The translations under genes and the position numbers were made by a program. The notes under the pieces were generated by a model, which made no database searches, was not told the origin of the DNA, and saw nothing but the letters and a program-made list of their open reading frames with translations. This document shows positions 37,088 through 47,327 of a DNA stretch of 64,000 nucleotides, one piece after another (within the stretch, counting starts at the first letter, position 1; every line of letters begins with the position of its first letter). Source of the stretch: Myxococcales bacterium (GTDB lineage Bacteria > Myxococcota_A > Polyangia > Polyangiales > Polyangiaceae); NCBI GenBank assembly GCA_023248745.1, contig JAHFDZ010000002.1:428-64427 (forward strand). The letters are read 5' to 3'.

Positions 37088-37981
37088 ATGAGCAACAATC
37101 GCCTGCGTCTTTCGCGGGCTCCTCAGGGAGCGCTTTTTCCGGTGAAAGCGATCGGTCGATCGGTCGCATTCCATGACGATTTGTACCACACGATGTTGCG
37201 AATGCCGTGGGCTCACTTCTTTGGCCTGGCGACGCTTTTGTATGTGGTCACGAACGCCATCTTCGCGCTCCTCTATATGTTGCAGCCCGATTCGATTCAT
37301 GACGCACGACCAGGTTCGTACTCAGACGCATTCTTTTTTAGTGTGCAGACGATGGCCACGATTGGCTATGGCGGCATGGCCCCAGCGACGTTCTACGCGC
37401 ACGTTCTCGTTACGATTGAGGCCCTCTTCGGAACGTTCTTCGCGGCGCTCCTCACGGGTATCTTGTTCGCAAAATTTGCGCGCCCCACGGCGCGTTTGCT
37501 TTTTAGCGACAAGTGCGTGATCGGTAATCGCGACGGCGTGCCCCATCTCATGTTTCGCGTGGCGAACTGGCGGCACAATCAGATCGTTGAGGCGCGCCTC
37601 ACGGCGACGCTCCTCGTTCTGGAGACGACCACGGAAGGCGATTCGCTGCGAAGACCCGTTGAGTTGCCGCTCGTTCGCAACGTCAACCGAAGCTTCACGC
37701 TCACCTGGCTGGCGATGCATCGCATCGACGAGTCGAGTCGCTTTTTTGGCGAGGGCGCGCTTTCCCAGCTCGAGGCGGAAACGGCACTTCTCATCCTTGC
37801 GCTCACCGGTGTGGATGAAACTACATCGCAGCCAGTCCACGCTCGCTACGCATATCGCATGAGCGACATCATTCGCGAATCACGCTTTGTTGATATTGTT
37901 AAGGTACTTGACGATGGAACGCGCCAAATTGACTACGAGAAGTTTCACGCAATTGAACGTGTGCGCGCGCCCAGCGTGTAG
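37088..37981 (+). CDS. inward-rectifier-type potassium channel (KirBac)
   Basis: Selectivity filter TIGYGG within VQTMATIGYGGMAP, two TM helices, and a beta-rich cytoplasmic C-terminal domain. Confidence 0.85.
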   Translation: MSNNRLRLSRAPQGALFPVKAIGRSVAFHDDLYHTMLRMPWAHFFGLATLLYVVTNAIFALLYMLQPDSIHDARPGSYSDAFFFSVQTMATIGYGGMAPATFYAHVLVTIEALFGTFFAALLTGILFAKFARPTARLLFSDKCVIGNRDGVPHLMFRVANWRHNQIVEARLTATLLVLETTTEGDSLRRPVELPLVRNVNRSFTLTWLAMHRIDESSRFFGEGALSQLEAETALLILALTGVDETTSQPVHARYAYRMSDIIRESRFVDIVKVLDDGTRQIDYEKFHAIERVRAPSV

Positions 37982-38036
37982 GGGCCGGACAGTTGCTTAG
38001 CTTGCCGCACTGCTGTGCCAGGTGTAATTCCTGAGG

Positions 38037-39791
38037 ATGCTCGCTCTCACCCACGAACTCGGTCTGCGCGGGGCCAATGCGCTCACGCAGGCGTTTGGGG
38101 TCGATCTGACCGGTAAAGTGATCATCGATCGGTCGCAAAAGGCCGACCTTCAGTGTGCAGCGGCGATGCAGCTCGCCAAATCTCTGAAGAGGTCACCTCG
38201 GGAACTTGCTGAGGTGTTGGTCAAGGCGCTTGCCGAGCACGTTGCGGTCAAGTCGACCGACATCGCGGGTCCAGGTTTCGTGAACATTCATCTGCACGAT
38301 GCGTGGCTAAAGCAGAACGTAGGCAACGCGCTGTCGCTTCGGCAAATAGGGGCAGGGCACACCGTAGTCATCGACTATTCGTCGCCAAACGTGGCGAAGC
38401 CGATGCACATCGCACACATCCGTTCGACCATCATCGGAGATGCGATCAAGCGGGTGCTGCGCGCCGTTGGGTACAACGTGATCGCAGACAATCATCTTGG
38501 CGATTGGGGTACGCAGTTTGGCAAGCTGATCGTTGCCTATCGCAAATGGCTCGATGAGAAGGCCTTCTCTGAAAATCCCGTTGTTGAATTGCTTCGTCTC
38601 TACATCAAGTTTGTCGACCTAGAAAAAGAGCAGAAGCAGGCATTAGGCAAGAAGCTTGATGGCGATGAAGAAGACGAAGGTGCTGCCGGCGATGCGCCGC
38701 CGATCCTTCAAGAGGCACGTGCTGAGCTTGTGAAGCTGCAGCAAGGCGACGACGAGAACGTGGCGTTGTGGCAGAAATTCATCGACGTTTCGATGCGCGA
38801 ATTTGAGCGCGTGTACAAGCGTCTCGATGTGTCGTTCGACGTGGTGCTTGGAGAGAGTTTTTACAACGACAAGCTTGCGTCGACGGTGCAGCTCCTTCTC
38901 GATAGAGGCCTTGCCGAAGAGAGCGAGGGCGCGATCGTCGTTCGTTTCGACAAGGCGCGAGACGGCGAAGCGCTTGCGCCGCTTCTCGTACGCAAAAAAG
39001 ATGGCGGCTTCCTCTACGGTACGACCGACATCGCGGGGATGCTCTATCGCGTGCAGCGCTGGAACGCGTCGCGCATCATCATCGTTACCGACGATCGACA
39101 GCAGTTACATTTTCGACAGTTCTTTGCGGCGTGCAAGCAGCTCGGCGTCAAGGCGAGCATGGAGCACGTGTTCTTCGGACTCATGCGGCTTCCCGAAGGA
39201 ACCATCTCGACGCGTGACGGTAACTTGATCGGACTCGAAGCGCTGCTCGACGAAGCTGAGCGTCGCGCGACCGTTGTTGCAAAGGAATGCAACGCGGAGC
39301 TCACCGATGCCGAAACCGTCGAAATCGGGCGCGTCGTGGGCATCGCGGCGGTCAAGTACAACGACCTTTCCAAAGATAGGACAACACTTGTTACATTTAC
39401 GTGGGACAAAGCGTTGAGCCTCACGGGCAATACCGCGCCGTACCTGCAATATGCCTACGCACGCATCGCGTCCCTTATCGCCAAGGGGGTGGACGCAGGC
39501 GTGTCCCCTGGAGAACTTGCTTCGTTCGAGCCGACAGAGCGCGCGCTCACGATGAAGCTGCTCGCCTTTGATGACATCGTGGAACAGGTCGCGCTGAGCT
39601 CAAAGCCGCACATGCTGTGCGAATATCTCTACGAGCTTGCTGCTCAATTTTCGAGCTTCTACGGCGAATTGTCGGTGCTCAAGGCCGAGCCAGCCGTGAG
39701 TGCAGGACGTTTGCGACTCGCGCAATTAACGGGCGACGTACTTGCGAAGGGCCTTGAGCTCCTCGGTATCGGTGTGCTCTCGCGTATGTGA
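38037..39791 (+). CDS. argS: arginine--tRNA ligase
   Basis: HIGH-type motif PMHIAHIRS, an ArgRS N-terminal add-on domain, and a C-terminal anticodon-binding region ending ...LSRM. Confidence 0.9.
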   Translation: MLALTHELGLRGANALTQAFGVDLTGKVIIDRSQKADLQCAAAMQLAKSLKRSPRELAEVLVKALAEHVAVKSTDIAGPGFVNIHLHDAWLKQNVGNALSLRQIGAGHTVVIDYSSPNVAKPMHIAHIRSTIIGDAIKRVLRAVGYNVIADNHLGDWGTQFGKLIVAYRKWLDEKAFSENPVVELLRLYIKFVDLEKEQKQALGKKLDGDEEDEGAAGDAPPILQEARAELVKLQQGDDENVALWQKFIDVSMREFERVYKRLDVSFDVVLGESFYNDKLASTVQLLLDRGLAEESEGAIVVRFDKARDGEALAPLLVRKKDGGFLYGTTDIAGMLYRVQRWNASRIIIVTDDRQQLHFRQFFAACKQLGVKASMEHVFFGLMRLPEGTISTRDGNLIGLEALLDEAERRATVVAKECNAELTDAETVEIGRVVGIAAVKYNDLSKDRTTLVTFTWDKALSLTGNTAPYLQYAYARIASLIAKGVDAGVSPGELASFEPTERALTMKLLAFDDIVEQVALSSKPHMLCEYLYELAAQFSSFYGELSVLKAEPAVSAGRLRLAQLTGDVLAKGLELLGIGVLSRM

Positions 39792-39866
39792 GACGTCGCT
39801 TCAGAAGCGAGTTGTCCTGGCGCGTAGGGACAAGCCACGTCACCATAGGTTTCTTACCTTGGAGGA

Positions 39867-40808
39867 ATGATGGATGTCCGTACGATCTTAATAGGATTCA
39901 GTGCCGCAATCTTGTTCGCATGTGGAACGGCGAGCAATGTGCCGCTCGATGCTGGTAACGATGTGGCGGATGCGGCCAACGACGTTGGCGGTCAGCTTGA
40001 TGCTCCAAGTACGACTGCGACTGCGACTACCTGCAGCACCTGGCTCGCCGCACAGCGTGAAACAAATTTGCCGTCGACAAGCGGTAGCAATGCGGTCAAG
40101 CGCGCAGACTTGCTAACGGCAGGCGGCGGCTATCGCAAAATTGACGACACGTATTACGCCGCTTGGTTTCCTGCGGCTCATTTCGACAAAAGCAAACGAC
40201 GCATCATCTTCGTGTTGCACGGCACGAAAGGCGCTCCCGAATACGAATTCGCCGATTGGAAACCGTCGTTCGATCCGCGCGGCTACGCCTTCATTGGACT
40301 CAAGTGGTACTACGAGGGCAAGCAAGCGCCCGATGATTACAGCAACGGCGAGACGCTCTATCAACGCATGACCGCGATTCTCGACGAGATGGATGGCCCG
40401 TGCGGAACGAAGACTGCCAACGTATCGCTTCTTGGATTTTCGCGCGGGAGCGCACAGGCGTTCGAAGTGCTTGCGCGCGATCGTGCAGGGCAGCAGCGCA
40501 TCAAATCGGTCGTCGCCGTTTCGGGTGCTTGGCCAACCACGATGAAGCCGACCGACTACTTGGCCGCGCTCGATACCAAAGGTGACACAACCGCGATGAC
40601 TGGCGGCCGCATGTGGATGTATTGCGGGGGTCAAGACATGGATCTTGGCGAACCGATGTGCGACATCTTGAGGAACGCGAAATCGTGGGTTGAACGCCAT
40701 GGTGGAACCGTTCAGAAACTTTACGAAAATCCCAGCGGCGGCCACCACAGCATGACGGACACTCCCGAAGCGCTGACCGATGCGTTTGACTACGTCGATT
40801 CGCTCTGA
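39867..40808 (+). CDS. alpha/beta-hydrolase (esterase/depolymerase-like) lipoprotein
   Basis: Lipobox AAILFAC, Asp/Ala-rich linker, IIFVLHGTKG and LLGFSRGS (GxSxG-like). Confidence 0.55.
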   Translation: MMDVRTILIGFSAAILFACGTASNVPLDAGNDVADAANDVGGQLDAPSTTATATTCSTWLAAQRETNLPSTSGSNAVKRADLLTAGGGYRKIDDTYYAAWFPAAHFDKSKRRIIFVLHGTKGAPEYEFADWKPSFDPRGYAFIGLKWYYEGKQAPDDYSNGETLYQRMTAILDEMDGPCGTKTANVSLLGFSRGSAQAFEVLARDRAGQQRIKSVVAVSGAWPTTMKPTDYLAALDTKGDTTAMTGGRMWMYCGGQDMDLGEPMCDILRNAKSWVERHGGTVQKLYENPSGGHHSMTDTPEALTDAFDYVDSL

Positions 40809-40882
40809 CGATGACCGCAACGCGGCATCGCGCTTGCGTCTGAATGTTTGCCTGTTGCTTGCCAACCAAGTGCTGGCAAGCA

Positions 40883-42094
40883 ATGAACGACCGGTCGGTA
40901 GCGTCCACGATTCAAGGCGACACTTCTGAGCCAGAGTCGCGTCGCCAGCTTCCTGTTTTGGATGCTCTTCGCGCCATCGCGGCGCTTGCAGTGTTTGTCT
41001 TTCACGCATCAGTTCTTGCTGGGTTCGACAAGCGAACGCTCCCGACATTCCGCATTCTCGGGCACACGTTCGCGCGCGTTCCATCGCCGCTGGGCTTGGG
41101 TTCAACGGGCGTGCACCTGTTTTTTCTCGTCTCTGGGTTTTGCCTGGCGCTGCAGCAGTGGCGACGTGGACGACGAACATTCACGTGCATGTCGCATTTG
41201 CGCGAGTACGCATGGGGTCGGCTTGCCCGCATCGTCCCTTCGTATTGGGTCACGATTCTCGTCTCGCTCGTCGTCGCAGCGGCTTTGCTACCGCCGACCG
41301 CGATCGAATTTGAGAAGGGTCTCTCGTACCACACGCTGATGCACGCACTCTTTCTGCATGGCTTTGATCCCGATACGTGGCTCTCTTTGCACGGTGGCCT
41401 TTGGTCGATGGTCACGGAAGTGCAATTTTATCTGCTGTTCCCGCTCATGCTCGCGCTCTACGCCCGCGTGGGTGGTCTGCGGTTCGTTGTGTTGTTGACG
41501 GTGGCAAATCTGGTCTTTCGCCTTTTGCTTGCGCATCCGTGGATGAGTTCAAGTGCTTGGGTTCCAGTTTTGGCCTATCAGCTGCCCGGTCGCATTGCGG
41601 AGTTCGCGTTCGGAATCGCGCTCTGTGATCTCTACTTGCGCGCGACGCCACTCAACAAATGGGTCACTCGATTTTCGATCGCGCTCGTTCCGCTCGTTGT
41701 GATCGCAATCAGCGTTCGTGCAGCTGGCCCAGCCTTCGCGGCCGATCTGCCGTTTGGGTTTATGTACTTTGCACTCTGCGGAGTGCTGTTGCTGAAAAGG
41801 CAAGTCGAACAAAAAGACTCGCCTTTGGCGGATCGAGCGCTCTCGATGGCGGCTCGATTCGGTCGCTGTTCATACAGTTTTTTCCTCGTTCATTTCCCGA
41901 TCATGTTGGTGCTCTATCGCAAGTGCACAATCGATGAGGCGCACCAGTGGGCGCGATTTTTTTACTTCATCGCGGCGGCTGCACCACTGAGCGTGGTTTC
42001 AGCGTGGGTCCTCAATCGTGGCGTTGAGATTCCGATGTGGCGGCTTCTCACAAGAAAGGGTGTCGATCCACTGGCCCTTCAAGTGGGTGGATGA
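40883..42094 (+). CDS. acyltransferase family 3 (OafA-like) membrane protein
   Basis: LPVLDALRAIAALAVFVFH motif followed by about 10 TM helices. Alternative ATG 40844. Confidence 0.7.
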   Translation: MNDRSVASTIQGDTSEPESRRQLPVLDALRAIAALAVFVFHASVLAGFDKRTLPTFRILGHTFARVPSPLGLGSTGVHLFFLVSGFCLALQQWRRGRRTFTCMSHLREYAWGRLARIVPSYWVTILVSLVVAAALLPPTAIEFEKGLSYHTLMHALFLHGFDPDTWLSLHGGLWSMVTEVQFYLLFPLMLALYARVGGLRFVVLLTVANLVFRLLLAHPWMSSSAWVPVLAYQLPGRIAEFAFGIALCDLYLRATPLNKWVTRFSIALVPLVVIAISVRAAGPAFAADLPFGFMYFALCGVLLLKRQVEQKDSPLADRALSMAARFGRCSYSFFLVHFPIMLVLYRKCTIDEAHQWARFFYFIAAAAPLSVVSAWVLNRGVEIPMWRLLTRKGVDPLALQVGG

Positions 42095-43533
42095 ATTTGT
42101 TCACGATCGATGCACTCGAACCTGCGAGCGTGCGCACACAAGTCGTCAAGCGGGGCGGGCTCGTGCTGTTAGCAACCGGTTTGCTCGGTGCGGTTGCGTT
42201 TGGGCAGAGTGAGACTGCCTGGGTCGATACGCTTAACGTCGCCATCCCCGTCGTTATTGGGTGCGTTTGCGGTGCGATATTTCTTTCGGTCGTTGTGCGT
42301 GGGCCGCACATGATGGCGATGCCTGCGCCCTGGTTTTTTGCCGCTTGCGGTGGCTACTTCTCGCTCGGCGCACTAGCCAACGTCTTCTCGAACGATCGAA
42401 CGATCGAGTACATCAACTCGTTCTATCGCATCAGCGCACTCGGCTTGCTCCGCACCAATATTCTGAATGCGGTCTCGATCGCGATCGTGTGCCTTGTTTA
42501 TTGGGGAGGAAGCCGCGGCGTGCGGCATCCCACCAACGTCAGGCCCAAAGCAAGCAACGAGCGGCTGATGTTGCTTTTATGTTTCACCGCGTTGCCCGCC
42601 AAGTATTTTTTGCTCGTTCCAAAGTGGTTTCACCTTCTCAATTTTGTGCCGCCAAGTTCGATCGCGAGCCTCGGGATTGCGACGCACATGTTGCTGCTTC
42701 TCCTTTGGTACGAGGTACACGCGGGCAAACGGAAGTATCTCGTTCCTGCGATCGCCTTTCTTGCGCTTGAGTTGGTGGTTGGCTTGGCGAGCTTCTCGAA
42801 GCTCGAAGTTCTCACCACGCTTTTCGCCACGTTCCTCGCATTTGCGTTGCATCGACCCACGAAACGGACGCTCGTCGTCGGTGCTGCGGTCGTCGTGAGC
42901 ACTTACTTGGTTCTCGTGCCATTCGTGCGCGAAGGACGAAAGCTCCTTGCTGAGGAATCAGTCGCCAGTCTCGAGGCGCGATCGGCAGTTCTTTCTTCCG
43001 TTGCAAGTGAGACGAACGTCACGGTCGACGAACGGCAGAATTGGTGGTCGCGTCTTAGCTACAACACGGCACAGGCGTTCGCGATGGATGCTTACGACCG
43101 TGGATACCCAGGTACGTCGTTTGATAACGTGGCGATGACATTGGTGCCTCGCTGGCTCTGGCATGACAAGCCAATACGTTCCCTTGGTCAGGAGTTCAGT
43201 CGACTCGCAACTGGCGATGACGAGACGGCGAGTGCGCCTGGAATCTTTGCCGAGGGCTATTGGAATCTCGGATGGCCCGGCGTCGTACTCGTTTGCGTTT
43301 ATGTGGGAATTTTCTTTGCCGGTATTGAGGCGATCGCAATGCCGTTTGTGCTCGTGCACGATTTTCGTTGGCTGGTTTCGGGTTTCTTCTCGCTACTTCT
43401 CGCGCTGCGACCTGATGATTGGTTCGTCCCAACGTACATCACAGGCACCATATTCATCCTGGCGTGCTTGCTTGCAGTACTTGTCGCTGTGCCTGCGCAA
43501 ATTCCGGCGAATCAAGCGTCGGAGAGTGCTTGA
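42091..43533 (+). CDS. polytopic membrane protein, putative Wzy-like polysaccharide polymerase
   Basis: ATG 42091 overlaps the upstream stop (ATGA). More than 10 TM helices with one large loop before PGIFAEGYWNLGWPGVVLV. The call rests on topology and context only. Confidence 0.5.
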   Translation: MNLFTIDALEPASVRTQVVKRGGLVLLATGLLGAVAFGQSETAWVDTLNVAIPVVIGCVCGAIFLSVVVRGPHMMAMPAPWFFAACGGYFSLGALANVFSNDRTIEYINSFYRISALGLLRTNILNAVSIAIVCLVYWGGSRGVRHPTNVRPKASNERLMLLLCFTALPAKYFLLVPKWFHLLNFVPPSSIASLGIATHMLLLLLWYEVHAGKRKYLVPAIAFLALELVVGLASFSKLEVLTTLFATFLAFALHRPTKRTLVVGAAVVVSTYLVLVPFVREGRKLLAEESVASLEARSAVLSSVASETNVTVDERQNWWSRLSYNTAQAFAMDAYDRGYPGTSFDNVAMTLVPRWLWHDKPIRSLGQEFSRLATGDDETASAPGIFAEGYWNLGWPGVVLVCVYVGIFFAGIEAIAMPFVLVHDFRWLVSGFFSLLLALRPDDWFVPTYITGTIFILACLLAVLVAVPAQIPANQASESA

Positions 43534-43553
43534 GACCACAGGAAGCGTTGGGT

Positions 43554-44507
43554 CTATTGCTCCACGTCGTGAAGTACGCGTTCGAGGCGATGACGGTAGG
43601 TGTGATTGGCGAAGACGCGTGATGATCCTGCAGCACGTATCGCGCGCATCACGCCAGGTTCACGTTTAGCTCGCGCGATGTGTTCAACCAGTTGGTCCCA
43701 CGAGTTCCATACTAAGAGTTCACGATTCGGTTCGAAGCACTCGGCAATCGAGTCATGGTGCTCAACGAGCTGCAGGCCCCCAGCCGCTGTTGCTTCGAAT
43801 GCGCGTGCGTCGAGAGGTCCGCTTTCTAGTGGGGAAAGGCAGTTGACTATTGCGAGCGATTGGCCAAACGCACGGCTCTTATCGATGCGCGTCAACTTGG
43901 CATTCGAACCCCAAGGAGCGCGTGATGTCCAGGTGTGAGAATGTTCAGCCTCGGCGCGGACGCGCTCACCAGAGGTGTGCAGTCGGTCCATAAGCGCTCT
44001 GCGACGGCCGCAGAATTTCCCGGTCAAGAGAAGCGTGTGATTGAATTGCTCCGCTACGGGGCGATGCCAAAGTGGATTGGCTGCGCGATGCAGATGCCGC
44101 GCGTCGACGCCTCGCGCAGCTAACTTCGTCACAAGATCGCGGTCGCTCAGGTACACAATGTCCCAATGAGAAAGCGCGCTATCGACGCGGACATCGTTGT
44201 CCCAAAGCAACACGCGCGTGCAATGAGGCTTTAGGTTTTCGAGAACCAGCGGATGAACATCTTGCGTGCACGAAATGACGACGGCGGCGTGCGTTGCAAT
44301 GAGTCGATTCGAGCAGAATTCCGCCAAGAGCGACGCTCCGGCGGGCGCCACACGTTGGGCAAGCGTGCGCAATGCCGTACCCGCATCGCTGTGCATCGCC
44401 GCAATGAGGTTGTCGCTCATCGCTTCGTGTCCCATTGCGTCGAGCGTCGTAAGGACATTGTCCGCAACAGAATCGGAAGTGGCCGGGTTTACGACAACAA
44501 TGCGCAT
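43554..44507 (-). CDS. CgeB-family glycosyltransferase-like protein (paralog 1)
   Basis: MRIVVVNP N-terminus. C-terminal RAFEATAAGGLQLVEH...ECFEPNRELLVWNSWDQLVEHIARAKREP...HTYRHRL is typical of CgeB/Glyco_trans_1_2-type proteins. Confidence 0.6.
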   Translation of the reverse strand: MRIVVVNPATSDSVADNVLTTLDAMGHEAMSDNLIAAMHSDAGTALRTLAQRVAPAGASLLAEFCSNRLIATHAAVVISCTQDVHPLVLENLKPHCTRVLLWDNDVRVDSALSHWDIVYLSDRDLVTKLAARGVDARHLHRAANPLWHRPVAEQFNHTLLLTGKFCGRRRALMDRLHTSGERVRAEAEHSHTWTSRAPWGSNAKLTRIDKSRAFGQSLAIVNCLSPLESGPLDARAFEATAAGGLQLVEHHDSIAECFEPNRELLVWNSWDQLVEHIARAKREPGVMRAIRAAGSSRVFANHTYRHRLERVLHDVEQ

Positions 44508-44594
44508 CGAACGTCTGACTTCGTGACTCTCTGGTGCGCGCGCAGAAGGATCCGTTCGGTGAACGTATTAAGTATCTCTGCACCAGAGAAGCTG

Positions 44595-45716
44595 ATGCTT
44601 GATGTCGCTTCACGCTCGCCGGCCACTGAGCGAGAACGCCTCGCGGTGATGCCTCTTGCGGACTTGTTTGCGCGCTCGCCGTTTTCGATCGTCTCCGCCG
44701 AACTTAGACCGGGCCACGGCGGCATCGCTCACGTTGCACGGCTAATGGTCAAGTCGCTTTTCTTTGCGCAAACGGCTCGCTGCGTCACGCTGACTGAGTG
44801 TCCGTCGCGCGATCTGTTCGGCATCAAAGTGAGCGCGGCGCGAGGATCAAGAGCTCAATTTGCAGCGCTGCTGGCGCGTGAGCTTCTCACGCGCCGCCCG
44901 CTCATTTATGACTTCGCGGGCCTTGCGCGCCTGCATCCGCGGCACCTCGTTTCATACGCCTGTTGGATGCACGGAATTGAGGCATGGGAAGGTGCGTCGC
45001 TAGCGCGCATCCCCGTGATGAGGCGTGCCGATCTCCTTCTTGCGAACTCGCACTACACCGTTGCGAGAGCACGCCGCGGCTTTGGCGAGTTCGGAAATGC
45101 GAAGGTCTGTTGGCTCGGTACCGATACTGACGATCCAGTCCCGCGCTCTCCAATTGTCGAAGGGCGCCCCACGCTGCTCACGTTGGGACGTATCGACGAC
45201 GCAGCGTACAAAGGTCACGACGCGATTCTCGACGTTTGGAAGAACGTCGTCGCGCGAGTGCCTGGCGCGCGATGGGTGGTGGCCGGCGGTGGCCCCGCAC
45301 TCGAGAATTTTCGAAGGCGCGCGAGCATGTCACCTGCTCACGACACGATCGAAATACGGGGCTTCGTCACCAATGACGATGTGCCCTTGCTTTGGCACGA
45401 GGCGACCGCCTTTGCGATGCCCAGTCGCGGTGAGGGCTTCGGTCTTGTGTACATCGATGCGATGCGCCACGGCGTTCCGGTGATTGCCTCAACGCACGAT
45501 GCCGGTCAGGAAATTAATGTGCACGGAGAGACAGGCTTCAATGTCGATCTAACGCGCGCAGGCCAACTCGAAGAGTGCATCGTTCAGTTGCTCACGAACC
45601 GCGATGAAGGTGAGCGAATGGGCGATGAAGCGGTTCGTCGGTGGCAGCGACACTTTTCGTTTACTGCGTTTCAAAATCGGTTCTGCCAGATCGCTGCCGC
45701 TTATGCGGCCTCCTAG
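44595..45716 (+). CDS. glycosyltransferase family 4
   Basis: EGFGLVYIDAMRHGVPVIAS...HGETGFNV motif. The first 114 codons of the track ORF overlap the opposite-strand gene, so ATG 44595 is used (alternatively 44649). Confidence 0.75.
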   Translation: MLDVASRSPATERERLAVMPLADLFARSPFSIVSAELRPGHGGIAHVARLMVKSLFFAQTARCVTLTECPSRDLFGIKVSAARGSRAQFAALLARELLTRRPLIYDFAGLARLHPRHLVSYACWMHGIEAWEGASLARIPVMRRADLLLANSHYTVARARRGFGEFGNAKVCWLGTDTDDPVPRSPIVEGRPTLLTLGRIDDAAYKGHDAILDVWKNVVARVPGARWVVAGGGPALENFRRRASMSPAHDTIEIRGFVTNDDVPLLWHEATAFAMPSRGEGFGLVYIDAMRHGVPVIASTHDAGQEINVHGETGFNVDLTRAGQLEECIVQLLTNRDEGERMGDEAVRRWQRHFSFTAFQNRFCQIAAAYAAS

Positions 45717-47164
45717 GGTGACTGGCGAACATTGCGCGCTACGAGTTGTCGCCAGCTAGCGGCAAGCAAAACTGCAAAGCCGACTAGCGCGCACCACACC
45801 GCCGCCGGATACACAACGCTAAGGAAAGCGCACAGCGCAATCGACGCCGCGCCAAAGGTGCGTGGTCCCATCATCACCATTGGGCTGAGTTTCATCGCGC
45901 TCCAGAATTGCGATTCTCGGAAGAGAAGCATGGGTACGGTAATCGTAACGAGCGCAATCGCTGACGCAGCGCCAACTCCGAATCCTCCGTAGCGCTGCGC
46001 GGCGAACGGTGTGGCAATCACCGCGACGATCGCGCCGAGGATTTGGATGCGCGCAAGTTGACCAAACTCTCCACGTGCGTGCCAAAGGAGGATGCTTGGT
46101 CCTATAGCGGCCAACGCGGCTTGCTCGGTGAGAAAGAGCGGAAGAACCCTCGCGGCGTTGGGTGCATGAGGTCCTAGCCAAAGAGGTAGAATGAGGGGAC
46201 CTAAGACCAACAAGGCGGTCGTTGCCGCAAGGTGCAAGGTCGTCAACCGTAACGAGATGGTCTTCCATCGATTCGCGGTCTGGTCACTCACATGGTTGTC
46301 CGAGAAATCGCGCGATAGCGCGACCCAGATTGAATTCGTCACCGCGGTCGACAGCAACTTGGCAGCGTTGGCGAGGGTGCGAGCTGGTACGGCGGCCGCG
46401 ACACTTGAGGCGTTCGCGAGTGCGGCCACCGCTGGCTGTAGCGAGACCTGAGTGGGGCCGGCGACCGAGTACAAGAAGCTTCCGCGGCTCGTCCAAGCGA
46501 GGTGCATTGCCGATATTTGGGTGGCGCCTTTGTTAGGCAAGAGGCGCGTCGCCAAGAGAGCGCGTACGAAGTCAAACGATGTAGTTAAGATACTTGTCGA
46601 TATAAGGGCCTTCGAGGGGCTTGCACCGAGCGCTGCCATCAGCGGCATGCTGAGTCCGCCCAATGCGATGCGCATGGCCGTAAATCCTTGTGTTCGAGCG
46701 AAGTAGCCACGTCCGCACTCAATCGCGGTTGACCATCCGCCTAGGGCTACCGCTGCGCCTACGCCCGTCGCGACGATCGCAAAGGTTAGGAAAGTGGGCT
46801 CGTTGCCGCCGCCCAGTCGTGTGAGGCGTGAGCTTACGAGCACCGATGCCGCGATTAGCGTGACGATTGTTGCACTGGCGGCGAGCGCGCCTAGGGCCCG
46901 CGCACCGGCGCGAGCCCTAGCTCCAAAGAGGTCGTCGTCTCCGCGATCGTTGTCGGCCAATAACGTTCTTGAAAGGACGGCCTGAACACCTGCGTCTGCG
47001 ATTGAAATGTAACTTGTAAAGCCTTGAATTGCGATTGTGAACGCGTATCCTTGCTCGCTCCATGCGCGCAGCAACACCCGAGGCGTGATGAGCTGCACCA
47101 CCAAGGTGACGGCAAGCGAAATAAAACTCGTCGCGATTGCGAGCCGCACCGAACGCGTATTCAT
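45713..47164 (-). CDS. Wzx-like polysaccharide flippase (MOP superfamily)
   Basis: About 12-14 TM helices in the usual polysaccharide-biosynthesis-protein layout. ATG 47164. Its stop shares CTAG with the convergent GT4 stop. Confidence 0.65.
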   Translation of the reverse strand: MNTRSVRLAIATSFISLAVTLVVQLITPRVLLRAWSEQGYAFTIAIQGFTSYISIADAGVQAVLSRTLLADNDRGDDDLFGARARAGARALGALAASATIVTLIAASVLVSSRLTRLGGGNEPTFLTFAIVATGVGAAVALGGWSTAIECGRGYFARTQGFTAMRIALGGLSMPLMAALGASPSKALISTSILTTSFDFVRALLATRLLPNKGATQISAMHLAWTSRGSFLYSVAGPTQVSLQPAVAALANASSVAAAVPARTLANAAKLLSTAVTNSIWVALSRDFSDNHVSDQTANRWKTISLRLTTLHLAATTALLVLGPLILPLWLGPHAPNAARVLPLFLTEQAALAAIGPSILLWHARGEFGQLARIQILGAIVAVIATPFAAQRYGGFGVGAASAIALVTITVPMLLFRESQFWSAMKLSPMVMMGPRTFGAASIALCAFLSVVYPAAVWCALVGFAVLLAASWRQLVARNVRQSP

Positions 47165-47327
47165 TCCCAGACGTTTCTCAGGTTCGAGCAATCGAACGCG
47201 CCGTAGTCGATCCACGGCCGTGTATGGGACATGCGGTGCACGTTGGGGATGGCGCATTCATTCGTGAATGACGAGCCATCTCCTGCACCAAAACGGACGT
47301 TGAGCAATTGTGCTCATCGGAGTCTGT

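Noticed and set aside
40113-41180. 355-aa minus-strand ORF.
   Set aside because: It is antisense to the esterase and acyltransferase genes and has an Arg-rich junk-like sequence.
43900-43925. ggcattcgaacc, a reverse-complement T-loop-like string that could hint at a tRNA.
   Set aside because: It lies inside the CgeB-like coding sequence and has no flanking acceptor or anticodon stems. I found no tRNA-like cloverleaf anywhere in the window by eye. tRNAscan-SE should confirm.
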